From a virus, in IMG/VR virus record IMGVR_UViG_3300027779_002770, positions 18,660-82,659 of that record: 64,000 nucleotides of DNA; one strand, 5' to 3'. The notes below the pieces were generated by a model. The model searched no databases and was not told the origin of the DNA. It saw only the letters and a list, made by a program, of their open reading frames with translations. The translations under genes and the position numbers were made by a program. Positions 1 through 10,749 of this stretch are shown piece after piece (the first letter of the stretch is position 1; each line of letters opens with the position of its first letter).

Positions 1-81
1 GTTAAGAAGCGGGAAACCAAATAACAAAGTACCATCTAGATTTCATAATCAAAAGAGAGATGCTGAAGGAAATTTGGTTGA

Positions 82-489
82 TTGTTAATGATTAAATTGA
101 AAGACATATTATACGAAGAAAAAATTACAGATACTGCTGGAATTATATTAAGAGATAAGCTAGCAGGCATTGTACTGGTTAAAGAAACAGAATGGTGGGG
201 TATTCCAAAAGGAAAAGTGGATCCTGGAGAGACGCCCATACATGCAGCATGTCGTGAAACGCTTGAAGAGGTATCAATTTTAGTTAGTGTTAGCGGATCA
301 CATATTAATGAGCCTATTAGGCTGCTTACAAAAGAAAAAAATTCTAGAGGGGGCGATTTCTATATTTACGAATCAAAACTCAAAATGGCTGTTGTTCCAG
401 TTAAAAGTCATGAGCATGAAGAGGTCCGATACTTTACAAAATTTGAGTTACCTGACAACATAGATCCACGCATTAAGGGGCTACTATAA
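82..489 (+). CDS. NUDIX hydrolase
   Basis: Nudix box GKVDPGETPIHAACRETLEEV (GX5EX7REUXEE). Confidence 0.85.
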   Translation: MLMIKLKDILYEEKITDTAGIILRDKLAGIVLVKETEWWGIPKGKVDPGETPIHAACRETLEEVSILVSVSGSHINEPIRLLTKEKNSRGGDFYIYESKLKMAVVPVKSHEHEEVRYFTKFELPDNIDPRIKGLL

Positions 490-878
490 TGAAGACACAA
501 TTATTATGCACATTTTGTTCAAAAGATGAACTAGATGATTGTACAGAATTAATAAAACTAGGTACATCTGTTGTATTTAATAAAATTTATGTATTTGAGA
601 GTTTAGATGAAGAAAATTATTTAATATGTACCTACAATGTAGAGAAGACAGATGATTTTGTACAAAATTCAAAGACAATGGCAATACATCGTAAAAAAGA
701 AACAAATACACTATACACGATTAATGCCTTAAACGAGGCAATAAGAAAAGCCAACAACGGCCTACTAGATAAGCAATACTCACTAGAATGGTCAGAATAT
801 CAAAATAGCTTATTATTGACAAATGATCAAGGACTCAATGTAGTGAAAACAAAGCTTTACAAAATAGTTGAAATATAA
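489..878 (+). CDS. hypothetical phage protein
   Basis: 129-aa ORF coupled to the upstream stop; no motif recognised. Confidence 0.6.
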   Translation: MKTQLLCTFCSKDELDDCTELIKLGTSVVFNKIYVFESLDEENYLICTYNVEKTDDFVQNSKTMAIHRKKETNTLYTINALNEAIRKANNGLLDKQYSLEWSEYQNSLLLTNDQGLNVVKTKLYKIVEI

Positions 879-904
879 AGCAAATAATAGGGAAAAGAAT
901 CAAA

Positions 905-1456
905 GTGGAAAACATCAAAATAAAAGACGTTATAAGTAAAGAGTACAAGACAAAGTTAACCGAATACCACAGTAGTAATAAAAAGTGGGGCGGCGCAGTA
1001 ACAAGTAAAACAGCTGAAATTCATAAATTAATGATCTTAACAGATTCTAAATCAGTATTAGATTATGGTGCTGGTAGCAGTGCTTATCTTGACACAATGA
1101 ACGCATATAATATGGATCTTCCGTATAGCATACATGAGTATGAACCCGGAAGAGAAGAATTATCAGGAGATCCCCCAGTTGTAGATTTCACAGTTTGTTG
1201 TGATGTACTAGAACATGTTGAACCTGCGAAAGTAGATATCACCTTACAGCACATTGCTAATAAAACAAGAAAGTTTGCGTATTTTACAATATGTCTTGTT
1301 CCTTCAAGTGGCACATTTTCTGATGGAACTAACTTACACTTAACTATACATCCAGCAGATTGGTGGCTGAAGAAATTAGAAGCTGATTGGGAAATTATAA
1401 CCAATACCACTACATGGGCACATCTAGTACTGTGTCTTAAGAGAAAATCTAAATAA
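905..1456 (+). CDS. class I SAM-dependent methyltransferase
   Basis: VLDYGAG motif I and CCDVLEHV motif. Confidence 0.8.
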   Translation: MENIKIKDVISKEYKTKLTEYHSSNKKWGGAVTSKTAEIHKLMILTDSKSVLDYGAGSSAYLDTMNAYNMDLPYSIHEYEPGREELSGDPPVVDFTVCCDVLEHVEPAKVDITLQHIANKTRKFAYFTICLVPSSGTFSDGTNLHLTIHPADWWLKKLEADWEIITNTTTWAHLVLCLKRKSK

Positions 1457-1486
1457 TATTAAAGTTAACGTATAAAGGAAAATGTT

Positions 1487-2389
1487 ATGAAAGTAATTGT
1501 TACAGGAGGCGCAGGCTTTATAGGCAGCGCATTAGTAGATAAATTAATAAAAAAGAAGCATGAAGTAATAATTTTAGATAATTTATCAACAGGAACAGAA
1601 AAATACTTAAATCCAAAAGCTAGATTTATAGAGTGCGACATTTCAGATGACAAACAGTTTGAATATGCAGAGTACTTTTTTGACGGTGTAGATGTAGTAT
1701 TTCATACAGCTGCAATGCCAAGAGTACAACCATCAATTGATGATCCTATTCGATATCATGAAGTAAATGTTTTAGGGACATTAAAGTTATTAATGGCGTG
1801 TAGAGATAACAATGTAAGAAGGTTTGTATTTAGTTCATCTTCTTCTGTATACGGAAATCCAAAAATACTTCCAGCTTTGGAAGATCATGAGTTGAATCCA
1901 TTGAGTCCCTATGCATTGAATAAACAAATGGGAGAACAGTATTGTAAAATTTTTAGTGAGCTCTATGGCCTTGAAACTGTCGCGTTAAGATACTTTAATG
2001 TGTATGGCGATAGACAACCGACTGAGGGTGCTTATTGCTTGGTCATGGGTGTATTTTTAAATCAGCTTCTTAATGGTAAAAAATTAACAATCAATGGTGA
2101 TGGAGAGCAGCGAAGAGATTTTACTTATGTTGGTGACGTTGTTGATGCAAATATAAAAGCAGCCTATACATCTTTAGATAAGTTTGAGGTCTTTAATATT
2201 GGGGCAGGAAGTAGTAAATCTGTAAATCATGTTGCTGATCTATTTGATTGTGACAGAATACATAGAGATCCTGTTATAGAACCAAGAGAGCTACAGGCAG
2301 ATGTTACTAAAGCAAAAAATATTCTAGATTGGAAGCCAACAGGTGATTTTGATAGTTGGTGTAAAAATTGGATAAAAAAGTATATATAA
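1487..2389 (+). CDS. NAD-dependent nucleotide-sugar epimerase/dehydratase
   Basis: VTGGAGFIGS, SSSSVYG, YALNK (YxxxK), LRYFNVYG. Confidence 0.92.
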   Translation: MKVIVTGGAGFIGSALVDKLIKKKHEVIILDNLSTGTEKYLNPKARFIECDISDDKQFEYAEYFFDGVDVVFHTAAMPRVQPSIDDPIRYHEVNVLGTLKLLMACRDNNVRRFVFSSSSSVYGNPKILPALEDHELNPLSPYALNKQMGEQYCKIFSELYGLETVALRYFNVYGDRQPTEGAYCLVMGVFLNQLLNGKKLTINGDGEQRRDFTYVGDVVDANIKAAYTSLDKFEVFNIGAGSSKSVNHVADLFDCDRIHRDPVIEPRELQADVTKAKNILDWKPTGDFDSWCKNWIKKYI

Positions 2390-2461
2390 ACTAACTTTTG
2401 AAAGTCTTGCATAATATATATTAACGTATTAAATGAACAATGAACACTTAACGAAGGAGAA

Positions 2462-3229
2462 ATGATAATGGACTTAAGCGTAATAAAATCCAGGTTATCA
2501 CAACTACAACAATCAAATCAAAGAACTACAAATCTATGGAAACCCTCCCCGGGTAAGACTCAAATCCGAATTGTACCTTATAAATTTAACAAGGACAATC
2601 CGTTTATTGAACTCTATTTCCATTATGATATGGGTGAGAAGAATTATCTTTCACCAATTTCATTTGGTCGTCCAGACCCAATGGAAGAGTTCGCAACTAA
2701 GTTAAAGACTTCCGGTAATAAGGAAGACTATAAGCTTGGTAGGAAAATAGAAGCTAAGATGCGTACCTACGCTCCTGTCATCGTTCGCGGTGAGGAGAAT
2801 GAAGGTGTAAAATTCTGGGGCTTCGGAAAAATGGTGTATCAGGAATTACTTTCTGTTATAGCTGATCCAGACTACGGTGACATCACTGATCCAGTAAAAG
2901 GTCGTGATATTGTCGTTGAGTTTAAGACTAGCGAAGAGACAGGACGTGCTTTCCCGATGACGACTATTAGGGTTAAACCTAATCAGACGGCACTCACAGA
3001 GAACACTGAAGTTATGAAAGTAGTAAAAGATACTCAGCGAAACATTACTGATATCTATTCAGAATTAGAGTATGATGATCTTCAAAAGGCATTAGAGGCT
3101 TGGCTAAATCAAGAAAATGATGTTAAAGAAGGTGAGATATCTGATCCTGCAAAAGCTGCTGATTCAAAAAAGAATGGTCAAGTGACTGAAGATGTTTCTT
3201 CAGCTTTCGATGACCTATTTAATTCTTAA
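2462..3229 (+). CDS. T4 gp32-like single-stranded DNA-binding protein
   Basis: LWKP..G..QIRIVP, FWGFGKMVY, DITDPVKGRD, acidic C-terminus AFDDLFNS; directly upstream of recA/uvsX. Confidence 0.8.
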   Translation: MIMDLSVIKSRLSQLQQSNQRTTNLWKPSPGKTQIRIVPYKFNKDNPFIELYFHYDMGEKNYLSPISFGRPDPMEEFATKLKTSGNKEDYKLGRKIEAKMRTYAPVIVRGEENEGVKFWGFGKMVYQELLSVIADPDYGDITDPVKGRDIVVEFKTSEETGRAFPMTTIRVKPNQTALTENTEVMKVVKDTQRNITDIYSELEYDDLQKALEAWLNQENDVKEGEISDPAKAADSKKNGQVTEDVSSAFDDLFNS

Positions 3230-3246
3230 GTTATAGGAGAACCACT

Positions 3247-4350
3247 ATGAGCGCAAGACGTGATGTTCTTGCTAGTGAGCTAGCAGAAAGTCTAAACTCG
3301 AAAGTAAAAGGGCAAAAAGTAGCATTTTTCTTAGATGGAACAGATGACACGCCAACTGATATTAAAGATTTCATATCTACAGGATCATCTTTACTTGACT
3401 TAGCAGTATCAAACAGACCGAATGGTGGAATAGCAGTGGGAAGAATCACGGAGATCAATGGTCTTCAGGCTTCCGGAAAATCACTGCTTGGTGCACATAT
3501 TCTTGCTGAGACACAGAAAAAAGGTGGCATCGCAGTTTATATTGACACAGAAACTTCTGTTAGTAAGGAATTTCTAGATGCAATTGGTGCTGATACTAAG
3601 AATATCCTGTATCTTCATATGGAAACTGTTGAAGATATATTTCAAGGAATCGAAGATATTGTAACTAAAGTAAGAGAATCTGACAAAAACAAGTATGTTA
3701 CCATACTGGTCGACAGTCTTGCTGGAGCATCTACTAAGGTTGAAATGTCATCTGATTATGAAAAAGATGGATGGGCTACATCCAAAGCAATCATAATCTC
3801 TAAGGCAATGCGTAAGATTACACAGATGATTGGTAGACAAAAAATCACACTTGTGTTTACAAATCAATTGAGACAGAAATTGGGTGTTATGTTTGGTGAT
3901 CCATATACGACTAGTGGTGGTTTGGCATTGCCATTCCACGCTTCAACTCGTATACGATTATCGAATATGGGCATGATTAAGGACAAAGAATCAAATGTAA
4001 TCGGACATAAATGCCGTGCTAAAATTATCAAGAATAGAATCGGACCGCCACTGCGAATATCAGATTACGAGATGTATTTTGATCGTGGTATTGATGATGC
4101 TGGTGGCTGGCTGCTAACTCTTAAGAATATTAAGGTAGCGCAAGGTGCTGGAGCTTGGTATACTATTGACTACAACGGTACACCTGTAAAATTCTTATCA
4201 AAAGACTTCAAAGATAAGCTAGAAGAAATAGACGGACTCAAAGAATATCTCTATGATAAAATCTGTGAAGCTAACATCTTGAAGTATGATGACAAGAGAG
4301 GCATTGATGATGTTGAATTTACAGATGAAGTAGTCGGCGAAGATGCGTGA
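3247..4350 (+). CDS. uvsX: UvsX/RecA recombinase
   Basis: GRITEINGLQASGKS Walker A, VDSL Walker B, NQLR, TSGGLAL.FHAS.R. Confidence 0.92.
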   Translation: MSARRDVLASELAESLNSKVKGQKVAFFLDGTDDTPTDIKDFISTGSSLLDLAVSNRPNGGIAVGRITEINGLQASGKSLLGAHILAETQKKGGIAVYIDTETSVSKEFLDAIGADTKNILYLHMETVEDIFQGIEDIVTKVRESDKNKYVTILVDSLAGASTKVEMSSDYEKDGWATSKAIIISKAMRKITQMIGRQKITLVFTNQLRQKLGVMFGDPYTTSGGLALPFHASTRIRLSNMGMIKDKESNVIGHKCRAKIIKNRIGPPLRISDYEMYFDRGIDDAGGWLLTLKNIKVAQGAGAWYTIDYNGTPVKFLSKDFKDKLEEIDGLKEYLYDKICEANILKYDDKRGIDDVEFTDEVVGEDA

Positions 4351-5356
4351 GAGGTACAAAGAGATACTTTCTCAAATTAGTGAACATGTAAGAAAAGAGC
4401 ATAGTGTTGATGACCACGTCCTGATAATAGACGGTTTAAATAACTTTATCAGGACGTGGGCCGCATCACCTGCTACTAATTCCGATGGTCAACATATCGG
4501 TGGCATTGTAGGTTTTTTACAGACAATTGGTTTAGCAATTAGAACTCTTGGCCCCACAAGAGTTATTATTACATTTGATGGTAAAGGCGGATCAGCTCGA
4601 AGAAAGAAACTCTACCCAGAATATAAAGCTGGAAGGAAGCCCCTTAAGCGACCGAATAGAGTTGAAGGAATGACAGATGAAGGTGAAGCTGAGAACATGC
4701 GCAGGCAGTTTAGACGCTTAATTGAGTACCTAGACTGTCTGCCTGTTGGAGTAATTACAATTGAAAATATCGAAGCTGATGACACGATAGCTTATATTTC
4801 AAAGCAGATACTCAAAGATTCAAAAGTAACAATAATGAGTACAGATAAAGATTTTTATCAAATTATAAATGATAGAATTTCAGTATGGTCACCAACAAAA
4901 AAAGTTTTATATGATAGAAAAAAGCTTGAAGAAGAATTTGAAATACTTGCTGAAAATTTTGTATATTATAGAATAATTGATGGTGATAAGTCTGATAATA
5001 TAAGCGGAATCAGAGGCTTAGGTCTTAAAACAATTCGAAAGAAATTTCCATTTTTAGAAAATAAAGTAATAGCTGACATTGATAATTTTTTAAATGTTAC
5101 AAAGCTACATGAACATAAAGAAGTTCTAGAACGTAATTATAAATTAATGCAATTACATAATGTCGATATTCCTGGAAATGCAAAGTTACAAATAATAGAC
5201 CAAGTAAGAGATGGATCTTCAAGATTAGTAAAATATAAGATCCATAAAATGTTTTTAGAAGATACAATTGATCATGCAATTAGAAATCCTGATGTCTGGT
5301 TGCAAGACAGTTTTAACAAATTAGATTTGATACTAAATAATGTCCCCAATAAATGA
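4343..5356 (+). CDS. 5'-3' exonuclease / flap endonuclease (T4 RNase H / Pol I N-terminal type)
   Basis: IIDGLN, FDG, YKAGR, EADD, STDKD, GDKSDNI.G..G.G.KT. Confidence 0.9.
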   Translation: MRERYKEILSQISEHVRKEHSVDDHVLIIDGLNNFIRTWAASPATNSDGQHIGGIVGFLQTIGLAIRTLGPTRVIITFDGKGGSARRKKLYPEYKAGRKPLKRPNRVEGMTDEGEAENMRRQFRRLIEYLDCLPVGVITIENIEADDTIAYISKQILKDSKVTIMSTDKDFYQIINDRISVWSPTKKVLYDRKKLEEEFEILAENFVYYRIIDGDKSDNISGIRGLGLKTIRKKFPFLENKVIADIDNFLNVTKLHEHKEVLERNYKLMQLHNVDIPGNAKLQIIDQVRDGSSRLVKYKIHKMFLEDTIDHAIRNPDVWLQDSFNKLDLILNNVPNK

Positions 5357-6749
5357 TTCACTAACAAAATACGGATCCGTCTTTCAGACTAAGATCATAA
5401 CATCATTATTAACTGATCAGCAGTTCGCAATAACAGTGTATGATATGATATTGCCAGAACTTTTAGATACAGAAGCAAAACAATGGTTAGTTAGGCAGGT
5501 TAAAGAGTACTATTACGAATATAAAGTTACGCCAACACTAGCAGCATTAAAAGTGAAAATAAATGAAGTATCAACAGAGCTATTAAAAGATGCAATTGTT
5601 GATGAGCTTCGTGAAGTTACAAAAAATATTGAAGCACCTGATCTTCAATTCGTTAAGAATGAAACAGTTATCTTTTGTAAAAATCAAATGTTAAAATCTG
5701 CAATTATTAAGTCTGTTGATCTGCTACAATTAGGGCAATATGATGAGATAAAGCGTGTTGTTGATGATGCATTGCGTGCCGGGACACATAGAGACATTGG
5801 CTTAGAATATGTAAAAGATTTTGATTCAATTTTAGATGATATTGTTAGAGACACTGTTAAAAGTGGCTGGGAGCCAATTGATGAAATAATGGATGGCGGC
5901 CTTGCGGGAGGAGAACTCGGAGTTGTAGTAGCGCCTTCAGGAATTGGAAAGAGTTGGTGCTTACAAGCACTCGGAGTAAATGCATTAAAAGCAGGAAAAA
6001 ATGTCGTACATTACACATTAGAATTAAATCAAGCTTATGTTGGAATGAGATATGCAACAATTTTTGCAGGTGTGCCTGTTGCAAATATCAAAGATAATAA
6101 AGAAGAAGTTAAGACAGTAATTACAAATGAGTGCAAAGGTGAATTAATTATAAAATATTTTCCAACAAGATCAGCAACTGTGCAAACAATTCACACACAT
6201 TTAAAGACAATAGAATTAATGGGTCATAGCCCTGATGTAATACTTCTAGATTATGCAGACTTATTACGAGATGTTGGATCAAATAAGGATGCAGCTGTTC
6301 GACATATGTTAGGAAATATTTATGAAGATTTACGCGGCTTAAGCGGAGAATTTCAAATACCGATTTGGACAGCATCACAGTCTAATAGGTCATCATTAGA
6401 AGATGAGGTAATCGGCGCAGACAAAATTGCAGAATCATATGCAAAAATAATGACGGCTGATTTCGTTATGTCATTATCTAGAAAGATAGAGGATAAGATC
6501 GCAAATACAGGACGTATTCATATTATAAAAAATAGATTCGGTCCTGATGGCATGACTTATCCAACAACTATGAATACATCAATAGGCCATATAGATGTGT
6601 ATGACACCGCATCTGTTAGTGGAAAAGCTGAACAACAAAAGCAAAATAACGGCGCTGAATATACCAGAAAGCTGCTTGCTAAAAAGTACGATGATTTTAA
6701 ACCAACAAATAAAGATGATCAAAAACATAAAGATTTTGTACAAAATTAA
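5340..6749 (+). CDS. dnaB: DnaB-like replicative helicase
   Basis: APSGIGKS Walker A, LDYADL, TASQSNR, KNRFG. Confidence 0.9.
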   Translation: MSPINDSLTKYGSVFQTKIITSLLTDQQFAITVYDMILPELLDTEAKQWLVRQVKEYYYEYKVTPTLAALKVKINEVSTELLKDAIVDELREVTKNIEAPDLQFVKNETVIFCKNQMLKSAIIKSVDLLQLGQYDEIKRVVDDALRAGTHRDIGLEYVKDFDSILDDIVRDTVKSGWEPIDEIMDGGLAGGELGVVVAPSGIGKSWCLQALGVNALKAGKNVVHYTLELNQAYVGMRYATIFAGVPVANIKDNKEEVKTVITNECKGELIIKYFPTRSATVQTIHTHLKTIELMGHSPDVILLDYADLLRDVGSNKDAAVRHMLGNIYEDLRGLSGEFQIPIWTASQSNRSSLEDEVIGADKIAESYAKIMTADFVMSLSRKIEDKIANTGRIHIIKNRFGPDGMTYPTTMNTSIGHIDVYDTASVSGKAEQQKQNNGAEYTRKLLAKKYDDFKPTNKDDQKHKDFVQN

Positions 6750-6818
6750 TGTATATCTTGTTATTTAAAGTGGCAGTATGAGATCAAGTTTTAATAATTT
6801 TGCAAAGGAGAAGTTTTA

Positions 6819-8789
6819 ATGCAACAAAAGTTCAAGTTATCACAGGCATTTATAGACAAGTTCAAACGAAAAAAACCGCCTTTTGGCTTTAACGGATTAG
6901 GTGAGCTGGTTTACATGAGAACATACTCACGCCTTAAAGAAGATGGAAAAAATGAAAAATGGTGGGAGACAGTAAGGCGAGTTGTAGAAGGCACATATTC
7001 AATGCAAATGAATTGGATTGACTCACATCAGTTAGGATGGAATCCCTGGCGCGCTCAAAAATCTGCACAAGAAATGTATGACCGTATTTTCAATATGAAA
7101 TTCTTGCCGCCTGGTAGAGGTTTATGGGCAATGGGATCACCAATAACAGAAGAAAGAAATTTATATGCAGCACTAAACAATTGTGCCTTCGTTTCTACAG
7201 AAACAATTAAAGATGATGGTTCAAAACCGTTTACATTTTTAATGGATGCCAGTATGTTAGGTGTTGGTGTAGGCTTTGATACAAAGGGTGCAGAAAAAAT
7301 TATGGTCAAGGGACCTTCACTAAAAAGAGATCCTGAACTTTTTGTAGTACCAGATACGCGTGAAGGCTGGGTTGAAGCAGTAGCTGCTTTAATTGATTCT
7401 TATTTTCACGGAACATCTGACTTATCATTTGATTATACAAAAATAAGACCAGCGGGTGTACCAATCAAAGGTTTTGGAGGGCAATCAAGCGGCCCGGAGC
7501 CATTAAAAGAATTACATGATACAATCAGAGAAGTACTAGATAGAAATATTGGAGCACCAATTACTATTACAACAATTGTAGATATAATGAACCTCATCGG
7601 CAAGTGTGTAGTAGCAGGAAATGTACGTAGAACAGCTGAGATTGTATTCGGTGACCCATATTCTGATGAATACATGGACCTCAAAAACTACGATCAAAAC
7701 CCCCACAGAGATCAATATGGATGGACATCAAATAATTCTATATTTGCAGAGTTAGGCATGGATTATTCAGAGCCCTGTAAGAGAATTATAAAAAATGGGG
7801 AACCAGGCTTTGCTTGGCTAGAAAATATGCAAGGCTATTCTAGAATGAAAAATGGGAAAGATGATAAAGATCATAGAGCAGCTGGCGGCAATCCGTGCTT
7901 GGAACAAACGCTTGAAAGCTATGAGCTATGTTGCCTCGTAGAAACATTTCCGTTTGCGCATGATTCATTAGATGATTATAAAAGAACATTAAAATATGCT
8001 TATCTGTATGCCAAAACCGTAACATTAGGAAAGACACACTGGCCAGAAACAAATAGGGTAATGTTAAGAAATCGCAGAATCGGCTGTTCAGTTAGCGGAG
8101 TTGCACAATTTTTAACTTATAGAGGCATTGGTGAGCTAAGAGATTGGTTAGAATCAGGATACGATGAAATCCAAAGATTAGATCATGTCTATTCAGATTT
8201 TTTTGCAATCCCAAAGTCAATTAAAACAACATCAGTAAAACCAAGCGGAACAGTATCCCTGCTTGCAGGTGCTACACCAGGAGTACATTATCCTGAGTCA
8301 AGATTTTATATTCGTAGAATGCGACTATCAAATCAGTCAGAATTATTGCAGCCACTAAGATCTGCAGGTTATAAAATTGAACCAGCATACGGATCTGAAG
8401 ATTCTACAGTCTGTGTAGAGGTACCAATTGATGTTGGTGATGGAGTTAGAACAGCTAAAGAATTGACTATTTGGGAACAATTTAGTCTTGCTGCATTTAT
8501 GCAAAGACACTGGGCAGATAATCAAGTAAGCTGTACTGTGACATTTGATCCTGAAAAAGAAGCTGATCAATTAGAACAAGCACTTAATTATTTTCAATAT
8601 CAATTAAAAGGTATTAGCTGTCTTCCAAGATCTGACACCGGTGCATACAAACAAATGCCTTATGAGGCGATTGATGAGAAAGCATACAATAAAATAAGTA
8701 AAAAACTCAATAAATTATCATTTGCCAAGATGAAAGGTGAAGATGCAGAGGTAGAATTATTTTGTGATGGAGATGTTTGTATTATTTAA
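6819..8789 (+). CDS. nrdJ: class II (adenosylcobalamin-dependent, monomeric RTPR-type) ribonucleotide reductase
   Basis: PPGRGLW, NNCAF, GNVRRTAE, NPCLEQ, KPSGTVS, C-terminal CDGDVC; no small-subunit gene nearby. Confidence 0.92.
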   Translation: MQQKFKLSQAFIDKFKRKKPPFGFNGLGELVYMRTYSRLKEDGKNEKWWETVRRVVEGTYSMQMNWIDSHQLGWNPWRAQKSAQEMYDRIFNMKFLPPGRGLWAMGSPITEERNLYAALNNCAFVSTETIKDDGSKPFTFLMDASMLGVGVGFDTKGAEKIMVKGPSLKRDPELFVVPDTREGWVEAVAALIDSYFHGTSDLSFDYTKIRPAGVPIKGFGGQSSGPEPLKELHDTIREVLDRNIGAPITITTIVDIMNLIGKCVVAGNVRRTAEIVFGDPYSDEYMDLKNYDQNPHRDQYGWTSNNSIFAELGMDYSEPCKRIIKNGEPGFAWLENMQGYSRMKNGKDDKDHRAAGGNPCLEQTLESYELCCLVETFPFAHDSLDDYKRTLKYAYLYAKTVTLGKTHWPETNRVMLRNRRIGCSVSGVAQFLTYRGIGELRDWLESGYDEIQRLDHVYSDFFAIPKSIKTTSVKPSGTVSLLAGATPGVHYPESRFYIRRMRLSNQSELLQPLRSAGYKIEPAYGSEDSTVCVEVPIDVGDGVRTAKELTIWEQFSLAAFMQRHWADNQVSCTVTFDPEKEADQLEQALNYFQYQLKGISCLPRSDTGAYKQMPYEAIDEKAYNKISKKLNKLSFAKMKGEDAEVELFCDGDVCII

Positions 8790-8857
8790 AAAAAATATAT
8801 ATTTTGAATAATTAGCACTATATATATATTAAATGGTTATACATAAAGGAGTTATAA

Positions 8858-9292
8858 ATGTACGATTGCTATATTGCTAGTGGTTGGTTCAATGAGAATC
8901 AAGCACGAGACTTAGAAAACATAAAATCTACACTTGATGAAATGGGTGTTAAATATTTTTCACCAAAAGATGAAATCGTTGCCAAGCGTGATGCCACATT
9001 GGAAGAGCAAGAAATGATTTTTAAGGGAAATGTTGATGCTATCACAAGTGGAAAATTTGTTGTTTGTAATACACGTGATAAAGATCTGGGAACAATATTT
9101 GAGGCAGGATTTTCATATGCATCAGGTATTCCGCTAATCTATTATGCTGAAGGGCTACAAGGTAATTTCAATCTTATGCTTTCTCGTAGTGGAAGGGCTG
9201 TTGCAACAAATGTAGATGAATTAAAAGAACACGTAAAAGGAATAATGGAAAATCCAAAATATGAAAAAGAATACGTCGGTTTCGTTGAGTGA
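8858..9292 (+). CDS. nucleoside 2-deoxyribosyltransferase / dNMP N-glycosidase family protein
   Basis: YIASGWF, FSP, D.GTIFEAG.SYA, NLML motifs of the NDT fold. Confidence 0.8.
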   Translation: MYDCYIASGWFNENQARDLENIKSTLDEMGVKYFSPKDEIVAKRDATLEEQEMIFKGNVDAITSGKFVVCNTRDKDLGTIFEAGFSYASGIPLIYYAEGLQGNFNLMLSRSGRAVATNVDELKEHVKGIMENPKYEKEYVGFVE

Positions 9293-9794
9293 TTTTGTAG
9301 ATAATATCTATATTTTAAAAGCACTTACAAGATATAATAATAAATTTAAAATAATTAATGAATCAGTAGCAGAACATTCTTATTTTGTTGCTGTATTAAC
9401 ACTTAAAATGCATGATGATTATAATTTTGATCTAGAAGAGGCGCTCAAAATGGCACTAATTCATGACATTCCGGAATTACATTTATCAGATGTCACACAT
9501 GATGTAAAGCGTAATTTTCCAAAGCTTGCACAAGAAGTAACTAATGCTGAATATGTCATTATGAAGCAAAAATATCCGCAATGGTTCACAGAATTCAAAA
9601 AATTTGAAGATCAGGAGTCAGTTGAGGCATTAGTTGTAAAGATGGCAGATAATCTTAGTTGTGTGCAATATGCAACTGCAGAAATGTTGCTTGGCAATAA
9701 GGGTTATATGAAAGAAGTCGCTGAAAATGCCGCTAAAAGAGTTATGCAATGTGAAAGAAAATTAAAAAAATGGAGAAAAATAAATGCCAATTAA
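9261..9794 (+). CDS. HD-domain 5'-deoxynucleotidase / dNTPase (YfbR-like)
   Basis: R..ESVAEHSY, ALIHDIPE..SD, VKMAD; start codon uncertain. Confidence 0.85.
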   Translation: MKKNTSVSLSDFVDNIYILKALTRYNNKFKIINESVAEHSYFVAVLTLKMHDDYNFDLEEALKMALIHDIPELHLSDVTHDVKRNFPKLAQEVTNAEYVIMKQKYPQWFTEFKKFEDQESVEALVVKMADNLSCVQYATAEMLLGNKGYMKEVAENAAKRVMQCERKLKKWRKINAN

Positions 9795-10749
9795 CAATGA
9801 TTTACCAGTAGTTGAACTTCCAACTGGTCTGGGATTTAACGAACCAATAAAAACAGACTTCCATGATCATCTGGACTCTGTAAAAATAAAGCTAGTAAGC
9901 AGCCCTTCAATAGAAGAATTAAGAAACTATATACCTGACTTTTGTACTGCTACATGGGCAGAACAGCCTTTCAATAAAGCCGGACTGTCAAATTATGAAA
10001 AAGATAAAATGATTTGGATGTTATTTGATGGAAAGCTATTGCCAACAGCATTCGAAACAATAAACTGTACGTTTACCATAGAGGGTATTGACACTCAATT
10101 TGTAACACACTTAATCAGACATCGTACATTCAGCTTTTCAGCGCAATGTACAGGTGACAGATCACAAAGAAATGATAATGCTGTCATACCCCATGCAATC
10201 ATTAACACACCTGAGATGGCTGAACGCTATAAACAATTAGTCAATGACACAAAGCAGCTTTACGCTGACATGGTTGACACAAAGCAAATTTCTGTTATGG
10301 ATGCCAGGCATATTTTGCCAAAATGCCTAAGTACATTTTACTGGGCAAGAGGTAACATAAGAGATGTAATGGCTTTTATCAAGACCCGCATCGATAAACA
10401 AATCCAACCAACAGAAGATAATTTAGTTGCATACTACATGTGGTTAGAACTGGTAAGGCAATATCCAATGCTTATTGACTGTATCGACATCCACACGCCT
10501 GCAAGATATTATATTTCTACAGCAAGAACAGGTACAGGCACAAATCTTTACTGGCCAGATGAAGACTCTGATCTGTTTGACTATAATGAAGATGATTTTT
10601 TATATCAGTCTATACGTGAAGATCTTAACGGAACTAAAGACTCTGGTAGAAATACATTCATTGAAAAGCTAATAGAAGTAGATAAAGAATTAGAAGAAAT
10701 AAGACAAGTCGCATATGAAAGATATGATTTTTTAAAAGAAGGAAAATAG
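9784..10749 (+). CDS. thyX: divergent flavin-dependent thymidylate synthase homologue
   Basis: THLIRHRTFSFSAQC and DARHILP motifs; RHRX7S Ser replaced by Cys. Confidence 0.75.
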   Translation: MPINNDLPVVELPTGLGFNEPIKTDFHDHLDSVKIKLVSSPSIEELRNYIPDFCTATWAEQPFNKAGLSNYEKDKMIWMLFDGKLLPTAFETINCTFTIEGIDTQFVTHLIRHRTFSFSAQCTGDRSQRNDNAVIPHAIINTPEMAERYKQLVNDTKQLYADMVDTKQISVMDARHILPKCLSTFYWARGNIRDVMAFIKTRIDKQIQPTEDNLVAYYMWLELVRQYPMLIDCIDIHTPARYYISTARTGTGTNLYWPDEDSDLFDYNEDDFLYQSIREDLNGTKDSGRNTFIEKLIEVDKELEEIRQVAYERYDFLKEGK

